Shown: one piece after another, positions 51,295 through 64,000 of the stretch
Numbering within the stretch: the stretch's first letter is position 1
How the letters are laid out: every line of letters starts with the position of its first letter
Source of the DNA: Octopus bimaculoides
Taxonomy: Eukaryota
Assembly: GCF_001194135.2 (NCBI RefSeq)
Contig: NC_068981.1
Span: 192,962,588-193,026,587, forward strand
Reading direction: 5' to 3'
Length of the DNA: 64,000 nucleotides
The notes under the pieces: model-generated
The model's input: the letters and a program-made list of their open reading frames with translations, nothing else
Told to the model about the DNA's origin: nothing
The model's database searches: none
Made by a program: the position numbers and the translations under genes

Positions 51295-52061
51295 TAAAAA
51301 AATATAATATTATATTCTCATCACAGCCAATTTGCCAATCAGTTTCGTACAAGGAGTTGAGAAAAACCATATGGCTGTGATAGAAAATAAAATTGTATTT
51401 TGTTAACGATAAAATATATACATTCTTACACATGTATGTACATACATATACACCCACCCACATACTCACACCCACCCACATACTCACACCCACACACTCA
51501 CACCCACCCAAACACACACACACTCACATACATGCGTAAGGAGAAAGAGAGTGTTTATCTTATCCCATCCAATCACCAAACAATGTAAAATGTATTCTAA
51601 TTGTATCCTGATGTGTTACTGTGGCAGGAGCTTTTCACTTCTCTTTTATATTAAACATATCTTAATCACTTACCTTACGCAGATAGTTCTCTATTAATAT
51701 TTAACAACTTCCTCTGGTTGCCAAACAAAGAACTATTCTATCATCACAGCTTCACCCAAACCCCACCACTCCACAACTATCTTTCCAAACCTCTCTTCCT
51801 AGTTTCTTAGCCACAAAAAAGAAACTGTCTGCAATGAAATCAACGAAGCTTTTATCTTAGGCTATGATACAACTTGGAATATTTATATTGGCCAGCCTTG
51901 AGGGGAGAGGTACAAGTCGATTACACTAATCTCAGTATTTAACTGGTACTTATTTTATGGACCCTGAAAGGATGAAAGGTAAAAGTAAAGACCACAGTGG
52001 AATTTAAAATCAGAACATAAACATGGATGATATACCTCTAAGCATTTTGTCCAGCATGCTA

Positions 52062-52186
52062 AAGGCTGGAGGGTATACCAGCCGAAACATTGTGTTAACA
52101 ACAAACAAGATGAGGACAAATATCTGTCAAATGTAAATAATGTAAATAATGTAAATAATTCCTCAACTCTTAAATATAGAACTGTA
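52062..52186 (+). mobile_element. Penelope-type pseudo-LTR 3' fragment with hammerhead stem II + GAAAC
   Basis: AAGGCTG-GAGGGTATAC-CAGCC-GAAAC followed by attgtgttaacaacaaacaagatgaggacaaatatctgtcaaatgtaaataat..; the CUGANGA box is absent because a SINE abuts at 52061. Confidence 0.7.
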
Positions 52187-52266
52187 TTAACCTTTGAAAG
52201 TATAAAAGGCAAATTTGATCTCAATGGGATATGAACCTAGATTATAAACTGCCAGATCAAGTACAG

Positions 52267-52586
52267 CAGTGGTTTCTGACTATTTTTTTTTACCTTTAAT
52301 TACTATTTTACTCAGGTGGACTCCTATAGCTATTTGATGTTTAAGAACCAGTTTTATAGAAACTCCTTTCAAAATTCTGAGTTGGTGGTCGGAAAGATGT
52401 TAAATATGTAAAACATTAGAGAAAGAACCCTAATTGATTTTGCAATAAATACATCTGAAGCAAAATTTCTTCATGGATCCTTAAAATATTGCTATGGATC
52501 CTCAATTTATCATTTTGCTTGCATGGACTCCCAAAAATCTTATATTGATCACCAGGGGTCATATGTACCTTGGTTGAGGACCACTG
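52267..52586. mobile_element. hAT (Charlie-like) MITE inserted in a SINE
   Basis: CAGTGGTTTC.. / ..GGTTGAGGACCACTG; flanks AAGTACAG / AAATCCAG (6 of 8 match); the antisense SINE resumes on both sides. Confidence 0.72.
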
Positions 52587-53005
52587 AAATCCAGCAAAGC
52601 ATTTTTACATATGCTCTAACAACTGTGCCAGCTCACCACCTTAAATATAACATTTAATTTAAGGTATGAGGTCAGTAATTTTAAGGGAGTAGATTAGTCG
52701 ATACCATCAATTCTAGTATTTATCAGGTTCGGGGGGAGGGGGGGAAAGGCAAAGTTGAGCGTGGTAGGATTTGAACTCGGAATGTAAAGAGCAGGAAGAA
52801 ATACTGCAAGGTATTTTTGCCAATGTTCTAACCATTCTGCTAAATCAGAAGAAAACAAGATTGTGTATGGAAGATATGTTGTTCGCCAATTCCTTGTTTC
52901 CATTATGATTTGTCAGCACAATTATATCAAAGTCAAGGTGCTGTTTCTACCACACACTGTTTAACTTCAGAGGAGATATACTTTCATATTACACACAGAT
53001 ATACG

Positions 53006-53007
<2 letters not shown>

Positions 53008-53076
<69 letters not shown>
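53008..53076 (+). repeat. Long (CA)n microsatellite
   Basis: Seen directly. Many other (CA)/(TA)/(GAT)/(TAC)/(AAC) tracts occur, e.g. 1-160, 9998-10040, 18733, 36470, 48985, 51200, 55894 and 62312. Confidence 0.95.
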
Positions 53077-53078
<2 letters not shown>

Positions 53079-53475
53079 CTACTAACAATGAATAACTGTT
53101 TCATTCAGATATATTTATACTATATACAAACTCACAATGAAAATATCTTATATACAGGTATATTTATATTTTATACACAGGCATATATATACCACCACTA
53201 ACAAAGAACAACTCTTATATACAGATATTCTCATGTTCTATGCAGATATATCTCTGTTAACAATGAATGACTCTTACACACAAGTATATTCATATTATAT
53301 ACAGATATATATCTCTGTTAACAAATATCTGTTGTCATCTATTTTTAAAAAAAGCTGCAGGTAGCTGTCTTATCTTTAACCTAAAAAACAAGCAAAGTCT
53401 TTTATGCTTCCACATCTAATGCACACTTTTCGGATTTGGGGTCAGCTTTCTGATAACGACTTGACCCGAGTGCTT

Positions 53476-53513
<38 letters not shown>

Positions 53514-53619
53514 AGTCACTATTGTTGTTGTTGTTAAGACAACAATGACAGCAAGCAATGAAGGAGCTTTTAAGTGGGAACAAATTGTGTGTGTGTGTGT
53601 GAGATGGGGAGCGTGGCCT

Positions 53620-53872
53620 GTTAAGGATCTGCCTGTATATATGGCCACGATTTTACTCAGCTTGATGTGTCTTTAACACAGTAAATTGCCAGGTGTCATG
53701 GCACTTTGTCATCTCTTCTGTGGAGCTCAACATTTGAAGATCATTTCTCACCACTCTGTCCCATGTCTTCCTGAGTCTACCTCTTCCACAGGTTCCCACC
53801 ACAATTAGAGATCAACACTTTATGCAGCTGACTTCATCCACATGCATTATATGACCAAACCAGGGCACATTA
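53620..53872 (-). mobile_element. RTE LINE C-terminal fragment
   Basis: Minus-strand translation: WFGHIMHVDEVSCIKC*SLIVVGTCGRGRLRKTWDRVVRNDLQMLSSTEEMT. Confidence 0.8.
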
Positions 53873-54007
53873 CATTTGATTCTGCTTATGCCCAACTTTC
53901 CATTTGAAATATTCATACTCTGCCATATATATATCATCGATCGTTGTCGTCAGCACCACCACCACCACCACCACCACCACCATCACCATCATCATCATCA
54001 TCATAAA

Positions 54008-54470
54008 GGTGCAAGCATGGCTGTGTGGTAAGAAGCTTACTTCCCAGCCATATGGTTCAGGATTCAGCCCCACTGTGTGGTACCTTGGGCTAGTGTCTTC
54101 TACTATGGTGTCAGGTCAATCAAAGCCTTGCGAATAGATTTGGCAGATGGAAACTGAGAGATGATCATTGTATATATGTGTGGGTGTGTGTATATACATA
54201 TACATATATTATATGTGTGTGTGTGTGTGCGTGTATCTTTGTGTCAGTGTTTGAATCCTTCCCCGACCCACTGCTTGACAACTGGCGTTGGTTTGTTTAC
54301 ATCCTCACAACTTAGTGGTTCAGCAAAAGACCCCAATAGAATAAGTACCAGGCTTTAAAAAAAGTACTTGGGGGGAGGGCAATCCATTCAACTAAAAATT
54401 TGTCAAGACAGTGCCCCTGCATGGCCACATTCTAATGACGAAAACAAGTAAAAGACAGAAGATAGAAGAT
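54008..54470 (+). mobile_element. CORE-type SINE (family B), full length
   Basis: gcatggctgtgtggtaagaagcttacttcc..ggtaccttgggctagtgtcttctac..gaaaacaagtaaaaga. Confidence 0.85.
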
Positions 54471-54923
54471 ATGACTTTATATCAGAATTTATGAAGAGCC
54501 ATGTCATTGGTTACAGGTTTCCAATCAACCAATCAGTGGTTCATTGCATTTCTGACTAAGAGAATAGTGACAGAGTGTGTGTAACTTGATGCAGAACACA
54601 TAACACAAGACCCACACATGTACGCACACTCCTCCCACACACACACATACCCCCCCTCTCACACATGCACATGATTATTATTATTATTATAATTATTCGA
54701 CTGAAGCCATATGTTGTTATTTGTGAGTTTCCGCATGTTTATGCTTCTTCAGATGGCAGCTATTCAATAGAATGGGGGGGGGGTACAAAAAACAAAAAAA
54801 AAAACCCCCCAAAAACAATAAACAGGAGATACCGAAGCAAAATGGCAAAGAACATATTAATCGCATTGGTTAAACGAAGCCTTGCATTATTAATGCCTGA
54901 AATATAGTGTGATTCACACACAA

Positions 54924-54954
<31 letters not shown>

Positions 54955-55662
54955 GACACATACACACACTTCCACGCACACACATCCACATACACTCGCG
55001 CACCACACACACACACTCTCACACATACAAAAACACTTTTATGGAATTAAGAATCAGATATTCTTGTTGTTCAACTGTTTGCATTCACTGCCTAAGATGA
55101 AGTCACATGCCTGAGAGAAATACCAAAAGTAAGTTTACCGAAAGAAATTATGTCACTTATGCATACATATTGAAGGTCATGGTTGGATCTTACATATATA
55201 TTGTAGGCGATTGTTAGCTCCAGTTTTACAGGTTTCAAAGCAAAAGTGCTTGAGTGTTGGAGCCACGCCTGTCTGTTGATTAGATGTTCAGTTTGTGAAT
55301 CTCAGTTTCAGAATTCAAAAATACAACTTGTGGTTCCAAGCTGAAAGTTTTCAGTTAAAAATCAAATATATGTGAGTAGGCATGAAGCCCCTGCATAGCA
55401 AGAAACCTGTAATGTTTTGACTGCTTCTCTCATACTTTAACCCTTCATCTCCTTGCATAAATTTACTTCTCTTGGGCTTTGTAGTCCTGCAAGTTGCAAG
55501 ATAACCTCACTTGTCTGGTGCACACTCAACAGTGGTTGGCATTAGGAAGGGTGTCCTGTAGTAGAAACTTTGCCAAAGTAGGGCAGTGGAGTATGATGCA
55601 GTCATAGGATCCGTTAAATTGTCAAACCCATGTCAGCATGGCACATGGACGTTAAATGATGT

Positions 55663-55699
<37 letters not shown>

Positions 55700-55935
55700 A
55701 ATTGTTCAAATTTATTTTTAATTGTGACTACCTTATTAGATGCAAGACACATAATACCCAATGTAGGATGGAATGGTCAAATCTAGAATGTCTTTGTCTA
55801 TAAGTCTGCTTGATGAAGGCTGATAAACAACAACAATAGCAACACTCAGCACCACAAGAAAATAATAAAACCTGAGCCAAACCAAAATAATAATAACAAT
55901 AATAATAATACTACTACTACTACTACTACTACTAC

Positions 55936-55975
<40 letters not shown>

Positions 55976-56824
55976 CCTTTCTATTATAGGCACAAGGCGT
56001 GAAATTTGGGGGAGGGGGACAGTCAATTACATCAACCCCCAATACTCAACTGGTGCTTAATTTATCGACCCTGAATTATACCTGCTTAATAATGATAATT
56101 ATGATGATGATGATGATTTTTTTACGTTGACAAAAGGTTACAATAAATCAGGAAAAAGGAAAACTGAGTGGATCGATCCTAGTGCACGACTGTTACCAAA
56201 CCAAAGATATTACAGGTAAATATGCCCATCATGGAACTGGAACTAAATACAAACCTGGATATATTGTCTGACTCCCTATTGTTTCTGCTACTTCAAATAT
56301 ACTAATTATTGTTTATGATACAATGGGAAATACAATTGAATAAATGATATTGGTTTTTGGATTATTACACTATCATTTATATCATATTAAGTGTTATATT
56401 TATCAGTGACATTATTGATGTCATGTTCATCACATTATGATAAACATTAATATTCTATTATTACAGATATTATGAACTAATATCACATTTATACACTGCC
56501 ATTGTTGATATCATGGTTGAGATGTCAAATTTATTAAATGATATCATATGATATTACATTTATACACAAATATTACACATGCATCATATTTATAGGATAG
56601 GTTCAAAGATTGTTATACCTGAGAATGGTAGTGGGGATAAGCTCCCACTACATAGAAAATATTCTCATAAATTGTGTATCTCAAATAGCTTCTGACAACC
56701 AAGTCCAACTCCTGGCCTGCTTGATGGCTAGATGTTAGCCTGGTTAAACTGCTTCATGCTGATAGAAGAAGATACAAAGCAGGTTACTGGTACCAAAAAA
56801 ACTAGTTGTTTATGAGTAGAGAGA

Positions 56825-56905
56825 GTTCATTATCCTGGAAAGCAGTCCCTCTAAGAAAGGAAACTCTGATGTAAAACCACTGCTGCCATATGGGCTGATG
56901 TGAAC
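56825..56905 (+). mobile_element. Possible RTE-type 5' UTR remnant
   Basis: gcagtccctctaagaaaggaaactctgatgtaaaaccactgctgcc resembles the 'ctaggagaaggaaaactctga..aaacc' leader I recall from RTE elements; no ORF support. Confidence 0.3.
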
Positions 56906-57838
56906 AAGATGGATCTCGATTATATCTGAGACATCCAGCAGCCAGATGCAACCACCCAAACCAAATCCGGCATGTTACCAATCCCAATGGTACTGCTGGT
57001 GAAGCAGGTGGCCAAATGCATCGGCCTTGTGATTGCAACACATGGTCCAACTTAATCAAAATCACATGATGGCCATCTGTGGCTAGAACAATGAACTTCT
57101 CTTCTCCTTGCACCCATCAAGATGAAGAGGCTCAATCAGTGGCTACAGAGCTTCTACTCAAATGCAAGTTAACACCGACAACAAACAATCATATATGGAT
57201 ACCACTGGTACTGTATTTATAAATGGTAAGACTACTTCCTTCATGTTTATACTCTAACCACTGACACCACTGTGAAAGTGCATGGCCTTGTGGGAAGACT
57301 GTTGTGCTGATGATCATTAAGACACATGTTCGATTCTTGAGATGGTTGGCATGTTGTATGTATCCTTGAGCAAGGTACTTCATTTCATGACACTCAAGTA
57401 TACTCAACTGTAACTTTTTCAATGGACTGATGTCCTGTTCAATGGAAAGTGTTGTATTCTCAATCTAAATACAATTGAAATACCATTAAGTTCTGGCCAC
57501 ATGAATGTCATAGGATCAAAACTCACTGATATCGATGTTTATACATTACACTAACCACTGATATATTTATGCGTGGAACATTGTCAAGGAAACTGATATG
57601 TGATCACTCAACCTGCTTGAAATAGTAGTGAAATCACTCTTGAATTGGATTTCACGATCTTAGAAAAAGAACACATTGGAGCATTGTATAAAATGGGTTG
57701 CCACGGTTGGACTTCCTTTGATCATTGGTCTACTTGATAACAACTGACCTGGGTTAAACAACAACTGAACACTGATATCATGCTGTTATCATGTTTATAA
57801 ACACTATTGCTGATAATAATACTGCACACTGGTGTGTA

Positions 57839-57871
<33 letters not shown>

Positions 57872-58554
57872 GCATACACACATATACACACACCCATATA
57901 TTCATATATACACATATGTTTGTGTGCATATGTGCATGTATATGTGTGCATATATATATATATGTATATGTATATACACACACACACATATATATTTCTT
58001 CTGTTTTCTGTTTTAAATAGAACATTTGCAAAGACAAGAAAAATAGATTTAAAACTTCAATGCTTATCCTGGAAATATTTTTATTCCAACGTGGCTACTT
58101 TCGTTTTCTTTTGTATTCATTATCCTTGTTATTGTTGCCGTTGTTTTATTCTTCATCTCCTCTTTATGTATTTATATTGTACTCATTGTTTTTGTGTCTT
58201 TTCTATATAGTGTTTTTTTTTTTTATTCTTCGTCCTTCATTCTCTCTCTCCTTAGACATTATTCTCCCATTCTCGCCTATTCTACTATTCTTTAATCCTC
58301 ACAAAAACCATTTGTATGTGTTTGTGTTTTACTTACTATATCTATTTTTAATATGTTTATGTATTTCCCTGTTTGTTTTTCTTTTGTTTTTTTTTCTTTA
58401 GTGTATCATTATTTTTTCTTTATCATTTCTCAGTTCTGTTACAATCTTTTCTCTTCATGCATTGCTTTTCTAAATTTATTATACTCTCAATGCAATAATG
58501 TAGGAGAAATGACCGTTCTTTCTTTTGGATAAGTATAACTGTGTAATATATATA

Positions 58555-58590
<36 letters not shown>

Positions 58591-59292
58591 ATACAAAGAA
58601 TATATATACATGTATACACACATATATGTACATACTTACATCTACATGTGTATATACATGCATATCAGGGTACAGGACGTTAGAACAGTAAACTACAGAC
58701 AACGGAACGAACACATAGGAAAACGGAAAGCCACTTGGAATATCCCTTCNNNNNNNNNNNNNNNNNNNNNNNNNNNNNNNNNNNNNNNNNNNNNNNNNNN
58801 NNNNNNNNNNNNNNNNNNNNNNNNNNNNNNNNNNNNNNNNNNNNNNNNNNNNNNNNNNNNNNNNNNNNNNNNNNNNNNNNNNNNNNNNNNNNNNNNNNNN
58901 NNNNNNNNNNNNNNNNNNNNNNNNNNNNNNNNNNNNNNNNNNNNNNNNNNNNNNNNNNNNNNNNNNNNNNNNNNNNNNNNNNNNNNNNNNNNNNNNNNNN
59001 NNNNNNNNNNNNNNNNNNNNNNNNNNNNNNNNNNNNNNNNNNNNNNNNNNNNNNNNNNNNNNNNNNNNNNNNNNNNNNNNNNNNNNNNNNNNNNNNNNNN
59101 NNNNNNNNNNNNATATATGTATGTATACAGATATCATCATCATCATCATCATCGTTTAACGTCCGCCTTCCATGCTAGCATGGGTTGGACGATTTGACTG
59201 AGGACTGGTGAAACCGGATGGCAACACCAGGCTCAGATATATATATATATGTTTATGTATGCATGTGTATATATATATGCATGTGTGTACAT

Positions 59293-59326
<34 letters not shown>

Positions 59327-59356
59327 ACATACATACATGCATACATATATATGCTT

Positions 59357-60925
59357 ACCCCCATCCCAGGGTCACACGGGCGCACTCCTCTGACTCCCAC
59401 TCCTCCCACACTGTCAGGATTGGCACTCTCAACGTTGGCACGCTGAAAGGTAGGTCTGGTGAGATTGTTGAGATACTTGAACGGCGACGCGTAGATCTGT
59501 GCTGCATCCAAGAAGTAAGATGGAGAGGAGGTTCTGCGAGGTTCCTCACAGGCAAAGAACACAGGTACAAGTTTTTCTGGGCAGGGAACACTGACGGAGT
59601 CGGGGGCATAGGAATACTTCTAGCAGAGAAATGGGTTGATAAGGTAATCGAGGTAGTTAGAGTATGTGACAGAGTACTTAAGATTAGACTAGTGCTTCAT
59701 TATAGGCTAGCTACTGTCATCTCAGCCTATGCCCCNNNNNNNNNNNNNNNNNNNNNNNNNNNNNNNNNNNNNNNNNNNNNNNNNNNNNNNNNNNNNNNNN
59801 NNNNNNNNNNNNNNNNNNNNNNNNNNNNNNNNNNNNNNNNNNNNNNNNNNNNNNNNNNNNNNNNNNNNNNNNNNNNNNNNNNNNNNNNNNNNNNNNNNNN
59901 NNNNNNNNNNNNNNNNNNNNNNNNNNNNNNNNNNNNNNNNNNNNNNNNNNNNNNNNNNNNNNNNNNNNNNNNNNNNNNNNNNNNNNNNNNNNNNNNNNNN
60001 NNNNNNNNNNNNNNNNNNNNNNNNNNNNNNNNNNNNNNNNNNNNNNNNNNNNNNNNNNNNNNNNNNNNNNNNNNNNNNNNNNNNNNNNNNNNNNNNNNNN
60101 GTGCTGGAGGCTTCCATGACATACATGGAGGCTATGGCTTCAGTTCCCGCAACGAGGAGGGAACCAGACTGCTGGAGTTCTGTGATGCAACCGATCTTAT
60201 GGTTTGCAATATCAACTTCAGGAAACCTGCCTGTCACCTAGTCACCTACCAATCCGGCAGACACTCTAGCCAAATCGACTAGATCCTCGCCAGAACTAGA
60301 GAAAGAGGGAGGCTTATAAATGCCAAAACCTACCCTGGCGAAGAACGTACACCCCAACACAGATTAGTAGTTAGCGACTTCGAGATCAAGGCAATATGGG
60401 TGCCCAGAAGTAGACCGGCTTGGAGGAGAAGGGTATGGAAACTTAAAGACCCTGCAAATGAACAAAGACTTAGAGACAAGTTACTTGAAGCATTTGACGA
60501 AATAGAAGAAGATATAGCATCATACAACGTGGAAGACAATTGGAGATTTCTGCGAGACAANNNNNNNNNNNNNNNNNNNNNNNNNNNNNNNNNNNNNNNN
60601 NNNNNNNNNNNNNNNNNNNNNNNNNNNNNNNNNNNNNNNNNNNNNNNNNNNNNNNNNNNNGTTGCCAGTGCCCCTGGACTGGCTCTTGTGCGGGTGGTAC
60701 ATAAAAGACATCATTTCGAGTGTGGCCGTTTTCTTGCGGGTGACACGTAAAAGCACCCACTACACTCTCTGAGTGGTTGGCGTTAGGAAGGGCATCCAGT
60801 TGTAGAAACTCTGCCAAATTAGATTGGAGCCTGGTGTTGCCATCCGGTTTCACCAGTCCTCAGTCAAATCGTCCAACCCATGCTAGCATGGAAAGCGGAC
60901 ATTAAACGATGATGGTGATGATGAT
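59357..60925 (+). mobile_element. RTE-clade LINE: APE endonuclease region, gap, then 3' UTR and (GAT)n tail
   Basis: VRIGTLNVGTLKGRSGEIVEILERRRVDLCCIQEVRW..GVGGIGILL..VISAYAP..GGYGFSSRNEEGTRLLEFCDA..TYQSGRHSSQID*IL..QHRLVVSDF. The 3' UTR and tail at 60661-60925 follow a 100-N gap, so joining both parts into one element is an inference. Confidence 0.9.
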
Positions 60926-62556
60926 GATACACACACATGCGTATACATATGCGCAAGCATTAATCTCTATATTCAAATCCAAAATATAAGTAATTGCGAA
61001 ACTAATAATTAACAATCCAAAATTCATTAACAAACAATTGTGCATTAATTTTAATTTTTCTTTATTATAATGAAGGGTCACAATGATATTGTGTAGGATC
61101 ACACCACTTGAAAGTCTAGTATAAATAAATACCTGTTTAAGTTCCCCCACCGTATATGGTAGACACCAGGTTTGTAATAGAAACCATCCCCACAAAGGGG
61201 ATGAGGGGATGAGAGGATGAAAAAAGCTAGATGCTGCCAACAGTCTAGCAGTTTGGGGTTGGAACAACTATTAAAGAAGGGAAGACTACAACTGTTATAA
61301 TAGCTGTGTTTATATTTATTTTTTCCATTCTGCTTTTCTTTTTCTCTGTGCAGCAAACACTGGACACTGAAGGTCAAGTACAGGGTTTTAATTCTCAGAT
61401 TAAAGAAATTTAAGTCTACTAGCAGTCATTAAAAAGCAAAATATCTATTTTCTATCTCCCGTAAATATAAATAAATATATGGAATCTTATATGTATGTAT
61501 GTAAATGTGTATGTACTTTCAATCCTCACTTGAAGCTGCTCAAAAGGCCCTGGTTTTACTGCAAGATTAATGAGATGTGTATATTTATTTATTTAATTAT
61601 TCATGTACCCATATTCTATTAATCAAAAAAAAAAGATCTTAGACCCTTGTGCCCTGTCAAACTTGAACACTTTTGTCTGAAATTCAAAGGTTTATTTTCA
61701 TAATGGTAAAAATGTGTAAACAGAGTGACAGAGGGACTATAGTTGTTATTGTTTAACCCCAGAACTATGATTGAAGGGATACTAGTCATAAACATTCCAT
61801 TTTTTAGGGAATGGTTATATATAGGACCACATTACCTAATATGTCCATTCTTTTTTAAGGCACTAGAGTGTTGCTTAAGGGATGTTTGGTTGGCATTTCT
61901 AGCAAACTGTGTGACTGCATAGTCTACCCCTAGTTGGTTTGATAGCAAAGATGTTTGTGGGCTGGACCCTTACTGGGGGAAGTATTGAACTTACTTCTTA
62001 CAATGGGTCATGTCCATAACAAATGCCACACCCAACAGGTTAAGAAATGTTTACTTAAAACTTTCACTAAAATATAAATTTAAAAAAATAAGTAAAAATC
62101 AAAAAGATAAATAAAACCAAACAAAAAAAAAAAATGAACCAATAAATGACCCCTGCATGATTGTGCATTAAGCTAGAAATAGAAGTCAAATCTCCCTTAA
62201 ATCCCACCTAACCATCTTAGGTGCATTGTGATTAAAAAAAAAATAACGAGAAGGTCATGGATGGAATGCCTTTCATTATAAGTCTGCTCCATCAAGGCTA
62301 ACCCAGGGCGAAAGAAGAAGAAGAAGAAGAAGAAGAAGAAGAACAACAACAACAACAACAACAAACACAACAACAACAACAACAGCAACAACAATAACAG
62401 CAACAACAGCTATAACAAATAAAAAAGGAGCTGAATTTTCTTGAAATGTGACTGAAATGATGGGAACTTGTGCCTGTGTCTCTGTCCCGTGGACAGTAAC
62501 AAAGAGACAAGAACATAAGGGGGTAGATTGACACACACAGATTATCAAACGCATAC

Positions 62557-62912
62557 TCTTCTATGTGTTTCAGTCATTTGACTGTGGTCATGCTGGAGCA
62601 CCGCTTTTAGTCGAATAAATCAACCCCAAGACTTATTCTTTGTAAGCCTAGTACTTATTCTATCAGAACAGCTAAGTTATGGGGACATAAACACACCAAC
62701 ACTGGTTGTCAAGCGATGGTGGGCAGACAAACACACAAATACATACATACATACATATATGACAGGTTTCTTTCAGTTTCCGTCTACCAAATTCACTCAC
62801 AAGGCTTTGGTCAGCTCAAGGTTATAGCAAAAGACACTTGCCCAAGGTGCCATGCAGTAGGATTGAACCTGGAACCATGTGGTTGAGAAGCAAGCTTTTT
62901 ACCTCACAGCCA
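62557..62912 (-). mobile_element. CORE-type SINE (family B), full length, antisense
   Basis: Reverse complement of the 18591 and 54008 copies, including gacacttgcccaaggtgcca. Confidence 0.85.
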
Positions 62913-64000
62913 CTATGCTGTTCACTTAAATGGTAATGATTTTTAACATAGGTAAGAGTTCAATCTTCAGTTAAATTATTTAAATTTATGCAGTTTGGTA
63001 AAGCTAAGAACATTACAATTTGCCCATTTTCCTATGAAAATATACACCCTAAAGCTGATGGTTTCAATGTAAGAAATCAACCAGTACCCAGCAGTTAGCT
63101 CAGCAATTGCCATGGAGATCTTTCTACATCTCTATACACAACACAATAATACATTCCTGAGGAAAAAATTGAATAAATAAGTAAATAAAATATAACCTGA
63201 ACTATTAATATACTTGGAACTGAGGAAAGTCGCCAACAACAAGGAGAAAATTTGGAAACAATACCAACTACAATAGTATGTATAACTTCAACAATAACAA
63301 CAGCTATAACTATATTCATAATAATAATAATAACAACAACAATAAATACAAATTTTGAAACTTACATAACACGATCAGTCAGAGAAACTTCGGACATCAT
63401 TTATAGCCCAGGTTTGGCTGATGGCTGCCACTGGTAAAACGTTAAGCTGGAGAGCTAGGAATGTGTCGGCTTAGCATGAAGAAGGGAAGAACAAGAAAGA
63501 GGTGGTATATTCTTTCTGGAGAAAGATCACGCCTTCGCTTTTATAAGGTAGTAAGTAATACTGAACAGGTGTGAGAGAAGTTAGGTAGTTGCAGAAACTT
63601 TTTCTTGCGTCATTCAATCAATCTCTGAGTAAACTAAATAAACAATAACAGATAGGGAGCAGGCATGGCTGTGCAGTTTAAAAGTTTAGTCGGCAGCTAA
63701 ATGATTTGGGGTTCTATCCTGTTGCAAGGTGACACCATGGTCACGTGTCTGTTACTATGGACTTGAGGTGACCAAAGCTTTGTGAGGCAGAAATAATTTT
63801 GGTAGACAGGAACTGTGAGGAATTTTGCCAGAGTTTGTTTTGTTGCAAGAATTCGGGTTAGCTGTCTGAGTATTTAATAACTTTCCAGTTTTCTCACATA
63901 AAATGTCAGTGGCCCTGAAGAGGGCTTTGTGCACCTGCTTCCACTTTTGAATAAGCCATTAACAAGAAACGTATATATATATATATATATATATATATAT

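Noticed and set aside
53090-53335. Degenerate ~70-bp minisatellite, and similar low-complexity sequence at 56350-56600
   Set aside because: AT-rich with poor periodicity; no sign of function.
58667-58750. CpG-rich fragment as another pseudo-LTR/hammerhead
   Set aside because: Cut off by the gap; no complete core motif visible.
1-64000. Most ORFs in the supplied track
   Set aside because: They are translations of microsatellites (IYIY, VCVC, HTHT, RERE, poly-D/S) or run through N-gaps; no recognisable host protein.

Overview
AT-rich, microsatellite-dense animal genomic DNA with eight N-gaps. The repeat families look like those of an octopus or other coleoid cephalopod (inferred from recalled repeat families, not a search). 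I found no host protein-coding gene I can support; nearly all listed ORFs are microsatellite or N-gap artefacts. The window is mostly transposon remnants: a 5'-truncated Penelope-like element (RT + GIY-YIG, ~8.3-10.0 kb), several RTE LINE pieces, a decayed CR1-type RT, two internally deleted mariners, a probable Merlin fossil, hAT- and TTAA-type MITEs, and four SINE-like families. A CpG-rich stretch at ~39.2-40.9 kb may be a promoter or first exon. The most interesting signals are: (1) a ~135-bp palindrome that folds exactly on a hammerhead-ribozyme stem II, with a sense half-hammerhead copy 50 kb away and a CpG-decayed hammerhead in the Penelope 3' end; (2) a 481-bp foldback element with 171-bp arms; (3) a PHD finger inside the RTE reverse transcriptase; (4) tandem double-hairpin arrays in RTE 3' UTRs.
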